Shown here in pieces: positions 1 through 7,784 of a stretch of DNA of 64,000 nucleotides; within the stretch, counting starts at the first letter, position 1; every line of letters begins with the position of its first letter. The translations under genes were made by a program, and so were the position numbers. The stretch comes from Candidatus Bathyarchaeia archaeon (GTDB taxonomy: Archaea > Thermoproteota > Bathyarchaeia > Bathyarchaeales > Bathycorpusculaceae), in NCBI GenBank assembly GCA_050010755.1, contig JBEKKK010000005.1, positions 2,276 through 66,275 on the forward strand, read 5' to 3'. Below the pieces are notes generated by a model, which worked only from the letters and a program-made list of their open reading frames with translations, did not search any database and had not been told where the DNA came from.

Positions 1-700
1 TACCTCCCGACAAGGTTGAATTGAACAGTTGAGACTGACCAACATCCATGACCACAGAACCAGGCAAGATAGATACTGAAAGCTGAGCGTTCACTTGGAC
101 ATTGGCAGTGTTAGAGGTTGCAGACTGTGCTTTGCAATCTGTGACCTTCAAGTAGACTGAATAAGAGCCTGTTGAAGTGGGAGTGAAAGTCCACGAACCA
201 CTCGTCGCATTAGACACCATAGTACCGTTAAGGTACCACTGATACGAGTACGACGAAGTACCTCCAGACACCGAAGACTTGAATAATTGAGACTGACCAA
301 CATCCAAAACAACAGAACTTGGCGAGATAGACACCGAAAGCTGAGCGTTCACTTTAACGTTCGCGGTGTTAGACGCTGCTAGGAGTCCTTTGCTGTCAGT
401 GATTTTCAGGGAAACCGTGTAGGAGCCTGAAGATGTCGGTGCAAAGGTCCACGTTGAGCCAGTAGCACCCGAAACATTCGCATAGTTAAGGTACCACTGA
501 TACGAGTACGGCGAAGTACCTCCTGACACGGTTGAATTGAACAGTTGAGACTGACCAACATCCAAAACAACAGAACAGGGCAAAATAGACACGGAAAACT
601 CGACGCTGCAGGCTTTGACCGTTGGCACAAGATTGCCCAAGAAACCGAACATGCCAATCAGCAAAATACCTACCATTATCAGAGATAGCTGCTTCTTCAT
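1..700 (-). CDS. Secreted surface protein with tandem ~86-aa Ig-like/PKD-like repeats. The 5' end is in the window and the 3' end runs off the left edge.
   Basis: Hand translation of the minus strand from ATG (complement of 698-700) gives MKKQLSLIMVGILLIGMFGFLGNLVPTVKACSVEF..., followed by repeats such as SVVLDVGQSQLFNSTVSGGTSPYSYQWYLN...SGSYTVSLKITDS. The frame stays open to position 1. It is absent from the ORF track because the window edge truncates it. The DNA repeat period is 258 bp (ttgagactgacc at 29, 287, 545). Confidence 0.8.
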   Translation of the reverse strand, partial: MKKQLSLIMVGILLIGMFGFLGNLVPTVKACSVEFSVSILPCSVVLDVGQSQLFNSTVSGGTSPYSYQWYLNYANVSGATGSTWTFAPTSSGSYTVSLKITDSKGLLAASNTANVKVNAQLSVSISPSSVVLDVGQSQLFKSSVSGGTSSYSYQWYLNGTMVSNATSGSWTFTPTSTGSYSVYLKVTDCKAQSATSNTANVQVNAQLSVSILPGSVVMDVGQSQLFNSTLSGG

Positions 701-969
701 TCTCCCTTCTCCTTCAGCATACGCTAAGCTGCTGGTATATACAAGGAAGTTGTTGGTTATATATCTTGTGAAACTCAGTTCTATGGTTTTCGCGTTACGA
801 CGCAGCCCCTAAGACATATCAAATGATAAATCATACAAACAAACCCAAGCAAAAGCGCTCACAGACACGTACCAGGCTGTGCTTCAACTGTCGGTTTGCG
901 GTCATCCCTTCAGCACGGGAAGACAACCGAAACAGAAACGAAGGCTTCTACACTATGTCATGAATTGTG

Positions 970-2022
970 TTAGGTGTGTTGGCCGAAGCGTCTGGCCACA
1001 AGGGCGATATCTTTCATGCTTACTATGCCGTCGTTGTTCAGGTCCGCGTTGGGGTTCCAGTTACTTGAGCCTGAGGTGGAGCCGAAGCACCTGGCAATCA
1101 GAGCTATGTCTCGCATGTTAACCTGTCCATCAGGCCAACCGTTCGGACCCGTGACATCGCCGATTATCGATACCATTACCCAGCCACCGGTGCAGTTGTT
1201 GTTCGCGATGTTTGTTTCGCCTGGAACAGGCCAAGCGTAGGCGCTTATCGTGTAGTTGCCGTATGCAAAGCCCGTGGTGTTCCACGTGAACGTGAGGTTC
1301 GCATAGTTTCCACTTGAGAGGGTGACGTTCTGGGACGCGGTATAAATCATATTGGCGTAAGCTGAGACGTTGAAAGTTTCTGCAGCGGTGCCTAGGTTTT
1401 CGGCTGTCACGGTTATGTTACCGGTGTTTCCTTGGCCTATGACTGTCTTGTAAGACGTGACGTTTGTGACGGCTACGTCTTGGGTTGCGTTCACGTTGAC
1501 TGTCCCGTCAATGGCTGTGAAGGGGATTGATTGTCCTGGCGGTGGGAAACTTGCGTCATCGAGGTAGCTGATGTTGGGATCGCTTGAAAAGTGTAATGTG
1601 GTGTTGCCGGCAGTTTCTGCTTGAAACGTGATTGTCGCCAGCGTTCCGCTGCCATTTACTCCAGGCGCAGATCCATATAGAGCTGACCCGGCTACTACTA
1701 GGCCATGAGTGGCGTTGAATGCGTTGTTTATTGTGGAGTCGAAGATTGTGCTGTTGAACTGTTTTAAAAATGGGCCTTCCACGACACTTGTGCAGGTTAG
1801 TATCGTGTTGAGATAGTATAGTCCAAATTGCCATGTGGCAAGGTTTGTGACGTTTGCAATGGTCACGTTAATGCTGAAAGTTGTTCCCTGTCCTACTGTG
1901 AGGGTTGACGGAGCGAGCTGGATTATTGTCGTAATCATCGGTTGGGTTGCGGCGACAGGAATTAACAATGACAAAACCATGAACGAGATTATTGCTGGGG
2001 CCAGCGCTATTTTTCTCACCAT
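970..2022 (-). CDS. Secreted protein: cohesin-like domain + CARDB-like domain + C-terminal dockerin
   Basis: 350-aa ORF with an N-terminal hydrophobic signal (MVRKIALAPAIISFMVLSLLIPVAA). Cohesin-like beta-sandwich pattern: FSINVTIANVTNLATWQFGLYY...GTLATITFQAE...IDGTVNV. CARDB-like pattern: DVAVTNVTSYKTVIGQG...NYTISAYAWPVPGETNIANNN. Two dockerin Ca-loop repeats: [17 protein letters not shown] and NADLNNDGIVSMKDIALVARRFG. Confidence 0.85.
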   Translation of the reverse strand: MVRKIALAPAIISFMVLSLLIPVAATQPMITTIIQLAPSTLTVGQGTTFSINVTIANVTNLATWQFGLYYLNTILTCTSVVEGPFLKQFNSTIFDSTINNAFNATHGLVVAGSALYGSAPGVNGSGTLATITFQAETAGNTTLHFSSDPNISYLDDASFPPPGQSIPFTAIDGTVNVNATQDVAVTNVTSYKTVIGQGNTGNITVTAENLGTAAETFNVSAYANMIYTASQNVTLSSGNYANLTFTWNTTGFAYGNYTISAYAWPVPGETNIANNNCTGGWVMVSIIGDVTGPNGWPDGQVNMRDIALIARCFGSTSGSSNWNPNADLNNDGIVSMKDIALVARRFGQHT

Positions 2023-2111
2023 ATTCTATTTCCCTTCTCTCCCTTGGCGTCTAATTATACTTGGTCAAACTGAAATAAAGGGGGATGTTTGGTTTTTTGA
2101 GGAAGATAATG

Positions 2112-4502
2112 CTATGGATCGAGGCCGTATCCGTAGTTGTTGGCAACCTGTACTACGTCATAGATGTCGATGTGGCCATGGTTAAGCAGGTCGTATTGTG
2201 GAGGAACTGGGCCCGTCGGTTGCACTGCTTGGCCGTAGTAGTATGCAAGGACACGTATGTCATTTATGCCCACCACGCCGGTGCAGAGCACGTCGCCTCT
2301 TATGAAGTCAATCTCGATGGTTAATGGCGCCGGAGTGCTGATTCCGCCTATTGGTATGGTGCCTCCGGTGAAGCTGAGCGTGGCGGCTGCGATATAAGTT
2401 GGGAACGTCTCGTAGTTGGGCTTCGCGCTGTTCCAGATGTGATCCGCTGTGGCATTGAACTGGACGTTGAACGGAAGTTTAAATAGCAGTCCTTCAGAAC
2501 CAGACCAAGCTGAGCCAAGACCCGAGATTTGAACACTTGATGCTCCAGCTGTGTAGATTACAGTGCCTGCACCAAATATGCCCCAAGTTTGGACGGTTTG
2601 TAGCGCAACGAGTGTTGAGTTGAAATCGATTGTCAGGTTGTAAGCTGTAAATGACGTAACGTCGGTTACATAGACGTCAACTGTGAAATTATTGCCGCAT
2701 TCAAAGTGGTATGGGGATGTGACGGCATCCCATGCGCTCGTCTTTTTGTTATACTTTTCAACTTTGAATTCAAGGCCTGGCACCATAGCGCTCATAGTGT
2801 ACGTTCCGTCGGTGGCTGTCGTTGGAATTGGGTTTGACATTGTGTCGCTCAGCTTAACCACAGCAAAGTGAATCGGCGTCGAGAGTGGGAAGTTACTGCT
2901 CTGAGCAACCGTGAAGGTTAGCGTGAACAGGGCGGAGGCTTCTGCGTTGCTTGCGGATGTTGCCAGTGCTACGGCCGCAAGTTCGTAATAGCCCGCACCC
3001 GACTGTTCAAAAACAGTAGTCCAATTGCCTGTTCCCCAGAGAGCGTTCAGGGTAGTGGTGTAATCGACGGTTGTGAGAGTTATCAGACTGTTATCCCAGG
3101 TCAAGTTGATATCGAAACCCGCGAAATAGCTGAACTGTGAAAGCGTTACCGTCTGTGTGAAAGCCGTGCCCACATCGGTAGGTGCTTTGTTAACCGGGGT
3201 TGGGGTGATGGAGAGCGTTGCGGGTACTGGCGCGGTCAAGTACGGCTGATAATTCGCATTGCCATCGACTGGGTTTCCCAAGCCCGTGGGGTTGGAAGTT
3301 GCGTTGTACGGTCCTGTCGGGTCGCCCCAATAGTTGAACAGTGCACGCACTGGTGAAGAGTCAACTGTATCGTTTAAGCCGACGGTGTTGTTTTGTATCA
3401 CGTTGTAGGTTATCTGTGCGCCCGGAGCGCAGCCATCTGATCTCAGCCAGACTCCGTAATTGCAGTTGTAAATCCAGTTGCTAAATATGGTAGCGTTGGC
3501 AGCAGCGATGGGGGATGAACCGGTAGCGATGAAATCTATTCCATCAGAATCTGTTGAACCGGCAATGCCCGTTATCGTATTGCTCTCGACAAGCGGGGCA
3601 ATTATGCCGCCTCCGCTTCCTCCACCGTTCCAGAAGCCTATGCCCCTTCTATAGCTTTTCAAGTTGTTAATCGTGTTTCCTTGAATTACCACGTTGGTAA
3701 ACTGGGCATCGCTTACGCCATATGCAGCGCCTGGAGTGTTGAAGCTGACTGCTGTTGCCCTGGTGTCGTAGTCGAAAGTTGTTCCGGTGCCCATGTTGAA
3801 GGTGTTGTAACTCACGTTCTGAAGAGTTGTCACGGTGTTTGCATTGTACGTCATAAAGAATGTTGAGTCACCGCCTCCTAGGCCGGCCTCGAGATTGTTG
3901 TGGCTTATCTCAGTTGAACCTGTGTGCACTTCGAATACAATATTGTCTCCGCCGATGTTCGTGATGTTGTTGTATTTGAAAACTGCGTTCGCTTGGTCAT
4001 TCTGCGAATAGAAGCCTACCTCCATATCGTTTGGGTTTGTGTCTCCTGTTCCTACAATGTTGTTATTTGATATGTGATAAGTTGCGCCGGAAGTGCTGGA
4101 TGATGAAAAAATCTCGAATTCATTATAACTAGGATCCAGCGGTGCATTTTCCACTGTAAAGCCACTGAACGTCACGTCTCCTGGCGCGGTTATCTTCACC
4201 AGTCCCGCCGAAGCTAGCACCAAACCAGTACCGTTAATGAATGTTGAGGCAGCGCCAGAGCCAAGAACTTGTACAGCTTTGTTGATATCAACTTCTTCAT
4301 TGTAAGTTCCTGGACTAACCATGATAGTGTCGCCTGGGCTTGCAGCAGCGATGGCCTGGGTGATTGTCGGATACTCGCCAGGAACGGTAAGTGTGCCTGG
4401 GTCTGCTTTCGCTGTTGTTGGCAAATGTATCATTGGCATGCTTAGAAACAAAGTAAGAATCATTAGCATTGCTACTATTCCGTATCTAATCTTCATCTTC
4501 AT
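2112..4502 (-). CDS. Secreted right-handed parallel beta-helix protein with two cohesin-like domains and a divergent dockerin-like C-terminus
   Basis: 796-aa ORF with signal peptide MKMKIRYGIVAMLMILTLFLSMPMIHLPTTAKA. The N-terminus is typical of parallel beta-helix (pectate-lyase/NosD-like) proteins (PGEYPTITQAIAAASPGDTIMVSPGTYNEEVDINKAVQVLGSG) and is followed by many Gly/Asn-rich turns. Two cohesin-like modules are present (FAGFDINLTWDNSLITL...YYELAAVALATSASNAEASALFTLTF...DGTYTMSA, and a second one ending LTIEIDF). The C-terminal two-repeat segment is GDVLCTGVVGINDIRVLAYYYG...DLLNHGHIDIYDVVQVANNYG. Confidence 0.8.
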   Translation of the reverse strand: MKMKIRYGIVAMLMILTLFLSMPMIHLPTTAKADPGTLTVPGEYPTITQAIAAASPGDTIMVSPGTYNEEVDINKAVQVLGSGAASTFINGTGLVLASAGLVKITAPGDVTFSGFTVENAPLDPSYNEFEIFSSSSTSGATYHISNNNIVGTGDTNPNDMEVGFYSQNDQANAVFKYNNITNIGGDNIVFEVHTGSTEISHNNLEAGLGGGDSTFFMTYNANTVTTLQNVSYNTFNMGTGTTFDYDTRATAVSFNTPGAAYGVSDAQFTNVVIQGNTINNLKSYRRGIGFWNGGGSGGGIIAPLVESNTITGIAGSTDSDGIDFIATGSSPIAAANATIFSNWIYNCNYGVWLRSDGCAPGAQITYNVIQNNTVGLNDTVDSSPVRALFNYWGDPTGPYNATSNPTGLGNPVDGNANYQPYLTAPVPATLSITPTPVNKAPTDVGTAFTQTVTLSQFSYFAGFDINLTWDNSLITLTTVDYTTTLNALWGTGNWTTVFEQSGAGYYELAAVALATSASNAEASALFTLTFTVAQSSNFPLSTPIHFAVVKLSDTMSNPIPTTATDGTYTMSAMVPGLEFKVEKYNKKTSAWDAVTSPYHFECGNNFTVDVYVTDVTSFTAYNLTIDFNSTLVALQTVQTWGIFGAGTVIYTAGASSVQISGLGSAWSGSEGLLFKLPFNVQFNATADHIWNSAKPNYETFPTYIAAATLSFTGGTIPIGGISTPAPLTIEIDFIRGDVLCTGVVGINDIRVLAYYYGQAVQPTGPVPPQYDLLNHGHIDIYDVVQVANNYGYGLDP
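2787..3023. repeat. Inverted copy of cohesin-coding DNA shared with 5148-5384. It contains two perfectly identical tracts (2924-3023 and 2787-2849).
   Basis: The reverse complement of 2924-3023 equals 5148-5247 (100 bp). The reverse complement of 2787-2849 equals 5322-5384 (63 bp). Sequence between and around the tracts is diverged. Confidence 0.85.
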
Positions 4503-4614
4503 CCTTTCTCCTTTCTACCTTTATAGAGACTAAGTAAATCAGTGCGCACATCCGTATATAAATCTATGCGAAACTTTGTTCCATAATAGCATTTTAAGAA
4601 ACTTGAAATGGTGT

Positions 4615-4719
4615 ATTGTATCAAACAATTCATTGCTAAAAGAGTACTAAGTGTGATATCACGAATGATGGTTTCGAACAGTTCCAGAATATAATTCATT
4701 TTGAATTGTTTGATACAAT
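4615..4719. repeat. 18-bp perfect inverted repeat (4615-4632 / 4702-4719) with a 69-bp spacer, in the divergent intergenic region
   Basis: attgtatcaaacaattca at 4615-4632 is the exact reverse complement of tgaattgtttgatacaat at 4702-4719. It lies between the divergently transcribed genes 2112-4502 (-) and 4887-7175 (+). Confidence 0.8.
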
Positions 4720-4886
4720 TGTACATGTAAGCCACTTATATTCATTGCACAAAACGAGAGCTGGGGCTACATTTATAAACTCGATTAGACAAACTTATTA
4801 TTGCGAACACTCGCGAAAGAGTGAGCAAAGCAGGTTCAATGTAAAGGAGAGAGGAGAAAACGAGAATAGGGATAGCGATAGCAATT

Positions 4887-7175
4887 GTGTTATCGATAAT
4901 ATTCATTTCTTCAATTGTTGTTACACCAATCTGGCCCGTCAGAGCGGATGGTGGAGCTCAGCTTTACATAAGTCCATCCCTTGTAAATGAGGCTCCTGAG
5001 GATGTGGGGACAACTTTCAGCGTGAGCGTCACGTTTTCAAACTTCAGCAACTTCGCGGGTTTCGACATCAACTTGACATGGGATGGCAGCATAATAAGCT
5101 TCGTGAGCGCCGACAAGACTCCGCTGAACACGCTTTGGCCGGGTGGATGGACTACTGTTTTTGAACAGTCGGGTGCGGGCTATTACGAACTTGCGGCCGT
5201 AGCACTGGCAACATCCGCAAGCAACGCAGAAGCCTCCGCCCTGTTCAACGTTACTTTTCAGGCAGACAGAAGCGGTAGTTCCCCGTTGCAAACACCGATT
5301 CATTTTGCCTTAGCTCAGTTAAGCGACACAATGTCAAACCCAATTCCAACGACAGCCACCGACGGAACGTACACTATGAGCGCTGCGGAGACTGTCGTGT
5401 TTGGTGAGCTTGGTGTGGGATCTGATTTCAACGGAACGGTTCTTGCTGTTGACGGCAATAATTTCACTCTCAGCGCCCTTCCAGCAACGTTCACCTGGGA
5501 CGTTGGCTCAAACCACACTTTCGCTTTTCGTTCACGCTGTTTGGGCAGTGCAGGAACAACCAGATACGTGTGGATGTCCACTTCTGGACTTTCCACGGCT
5601 CAGAATGGGACATTCATTGTTCCCAGTGCAGGTGGATCAATCACAGGTAACTACAAAACGCAGTATAGTCTGACCGTGGTTTCGCCTTATGGTTCACCTG
5701 GTGGGGCAGACTGGTATGACAGCGGCTCAACCGCATACGCAACGTTGGCCAACGGAACAGTAATTATTACGCCTGGCTCGGTGCAGGCTGTTTTCACTGG
5801 ATGGAGCGGCGGCGCAACTGGAACAGGTCTCACGAGTAACCCGATAATCATGAGCGGCCCTATGACCGCCGTCGCTAACTGGATTATTCAATACAACCTG
5901 ACTGTGGTCACAAACCCGTCAAGCCTTCCGCCGATACCGGGCACAAACTGGTATGACAACTGGACATGGGTCAACCTGACGGCCCCACAATTCGTTCCAA
6001 ATGCTACAGGCGTTGGTGGCGTTCGCTACAACTTCACCTACTGGGACCTTGACGGAGCCTCACAAGGCCTAGGGGTCAACCCGATTAGCATACAAATGAA
6101 CGAAGCCCACGTGGCGACCGCACACTTCAAGGTTCAGTGCCTCGTCACTTTCGGTCAAACTGGTCTTGACGGAACGGCGACGAGCACAGTTGCAACGGTA
6201 AACGGCTCAGCATACACTTATGGAACCCTGCCCCTCAGCGAGTGGATCGATAATGGCACAGCTATAAGTTACTTGTACTCCAGCGTAGTTTCAAGCAGTT
6301 CTTCAGGCCAGCAGTTCGGACTGAGCAACGTCACGGGCCAAGCCTCACCAGCGACTGTGACAGGGCCAATAATTATAACGGGAAACTATGTTGCTCAGTA
6401 CAACATTACGTTCTCTTTAACAGGCGTGGGCAATGACTTCACAGGAAACTCAGCCACCATAGACAACTCTAGCTATATCCTGGTCCTGCCAACTTCATTT
6501 TGGTGGAACAACGGCTCAACCCACAGTTTCGCGTTCAGGTCGCCACTGGTTGGCCTGATGAAACCGTACTTTTGGAATTCCACAACAGGCTTGTCCAACT
6601 TACAAAATGATTCAATTGTAATTACAGGTCCAGGCAACGTAATTGGCAACTACGTCAGCAACGTCCACAGCGTTATCGTTGCAAGCGTAACCTTCTTCCC
6701 TTACAACATCCCAATGGTCTACCAAGGATGCTACAACCTGACCATCCTCGTCACGATAAGGAACACTGGAGACTACCCTGAAAGTACATGGGGCGGGTTG
6801 TGGCACAACTACACAGCCGGAGAAAGCATAGGCACCTTTCCTGCGGGAGAACTCTCCGTGGGACAGTCCGCCACCTACTCATTCGCATGGGACACCACAT
6901 ATGTGCCAATCAACTATAGCTACACTCTGACCGCAATTGTATCATATACAGAGGGCCGGAACGTGATGAACGTGCCAAACTTCCAAGTCAGAATCCCAGG
7001 CGACGTGAACGGGGACGGGAGAGTCGACATGAGAGACATAGCATTGGTGGCACGAGCGTTCGGAAGCAACAAAACATCTTCAAATTGGAACCTATACGCA
7101 GATATAAACGGGGACGGCGTCGTCAACATGAGAGACGTCGCACTCGCAGCCAGACACTTCGGCCAACAGGTCTAA
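4887..7175 (+). CDS. Secreted protein: N-terminal cohesin-like domain, InlB-B-repeat-like beta domains, CARDB-like domain, C-terminal dockerin
   Basis: 762-aa ORF with a GTG start; no ATG lies upstream after the stop at 4842. The cohesin-like segment is nearly identical to that of 2112-4502 (FAGFDINLTWDGSIISF...YYELAAVALATSASNAEASALFNVTF...DGTYTMSA). Repeats of the type GNYKTQYSLTVVSPYGSPGGADWYD...FTGWSGGATGTG...ANW are present. The dockerin is GDVNGDGRVDMRDIALVARAFG...NLYADINGDGVVNMRDVALAARHFG. Confidence 0.85.
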   Translation: MLSIIFISSIVVTPIWPVRADGGAQLYISPSLVNEAPEDVGTTFSVSVTFSNFSNFAGFDINLTWDGSIISFVSADKTPLNTLWPGGWTTVFEQSGAGYYELAAVALATSASNAEASALFNVTFQADRSGSSPLQTPIHFALAQLSDTMSNPIPTTATDGTYTMSAAETVVFGELGVGSDFNGTVLAVDGNNFTLSALPATFTWDVGSNHTFAFRSRCLGSAGTTRYVWMSTSGLSTAQNGTFIVPSAGGSITGNYKTQYSLTVVSPYGSPGGADWYDSGSTAYATLANGTVIITPGSVQAVFTGWSGGATGTGLTSNPIIMSGPMTAVANWIIQYNLTVVTNPSSLPPIPGTNWYDNWTWVNLTAPQFVPNATGVGGVRYNFTYWDLDGASQGLGVNPISIQMNEAHVATAHFKVQCLVTFGQTGLDGTATSTVATVNGSAYTYGTLPLSEWIDNGTAISYLYSSVVSSSSSGQQFGLSNVTGQASPATVTGPIIITGNYVAQYNITFSLTGVGNDFTGNSATIDNSSYILVLPTSFWWNNGSTHSFAFRSPLVGLMKPYFWNSTTGLSNLQNDSIVITGPGNVIGNYVSNVHSVIVASVTFFPYNIPMVYQGCYNLTILVTIRNTGDYPESTWGGLWHNYTAGESIGTFPAGELSVGQSATYSFAWDTTYVPINYSYTLTAIVSYTEGRNVMNVPNFQVRIPGDVNGDGRVDMRDIALVARAFGSNKTSSNWNLYADINGDGVVNMRDVALAARHFGQQV
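5148..5384. repeat. Partner of the inverted cohesin-coding repeat at 2787-3023
   Basis: 5148-5247 and 5322-5384 are exact reverse complements of 2924-3023 and 2787-2849. Confidence 0.85.
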
Positions 7176-7188
7176 GATAGCACTCTAA

Positions 7189-7208
7189 TTTTTTTGATAC
7201 CAAAAAAA
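7189..7208 (+). terminator. T7 run / A7 run palindrome immediately downstream of gene 4887-7175
   Basis: tttttttgataccaaaaaaa lies 14 nt after the TAA stop. Archaeal termination commonly uses oligo-T tracts, and this sequence can also fold as a hairpin. Confidence 0.4.
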
Positions 7209-7455
7209 GGCAAGATGATAAGATTCCCTCCTCAGATTTACCTTAACATCGCGTACATCCAGTTCTAAACACAGTATATATTCACCAATCGATTCTTCGC
7301 CCGTTAACGAACGAGCAGGTTTATTATAAGAGCTCTTTGCTGTACCTGAAGACCTTCCTCTCGAATCTTTGAACTGGCGTTAGAGAAAAAGCTTCATCGT
7401 GTTTTGATATTAAGCACGAAAATATCACATATTAGCTTTCGCTTATCTTATTCAA

Positions 7456-7570
7456 CTATTTTCGATACATTTCCACGATTTCTTCAGTAGTGTTTGCGTC
7501 TTCTGCAGATTTGTCAGGTCGGTAGTTCCATGTAAAACGTGGAAAGCGAATGGCTAATCCGCTTCCCTTT
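7456..7570 (-). pseudogene. Fragment duplicating the 3' end of the DNA ligase gene
   Basis: The minus-strand translation is [36 protein letters not shown]-stop. The intact ligase C-terminus (9483-...) reads [44 protein letters not shown]. The fragment is preceded by an in-frame stop, so it is a truncated relic. Confidence 0.85.
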
Positions 7571-7582
7571 CTAGCGCGCGCA

Positions 7583-7639
7583 GTCAACATGAGAGATATA
7601 GCGTTGCTAGCCCGACATTTCGGGCAACACTACCCATAA
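7583..7639 (+). pseudogene. Orphan dockerin C-terminal fragment
   Basis: The plus-strand translation [18 protein letters not shown]-stop matches the last dockerin helix and terminus of the intact paralogs (for example VSMKDIALVARRFGQHT and VNMSDIAILARHYGQHE). No upstream ORF is attached. Confidence 0.75.
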
Positions 7640-7784
7640 CCACATTCGCGAAAAGCGAAGATTGCCATTTTGTCAATTCAAAAGAAAGAAGAGGGTTTTG
7701 GCATCTCTGTTCTATTTGGATGCGAATATGGCCATGATAACGGTGCTGCGCGCGACCTATCTATGAGGGCCCAACAGCTATCTC

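Noticed and set aside
974-1240. The antisense ORFs 974-1240 (+), 7795-8058 (+) and 22447-22671 (-) share conserved-looking translations (...VSPGTGQA / ...VSSGTGQA).
   Set aside because: They are mirror-frame shadows of the conserved CARDB-dockerin coding cassette on the opposite strand. Their apparent conservation is explained by sense-strand conservation. The sense ORFs have clear domain content and signal peptides.
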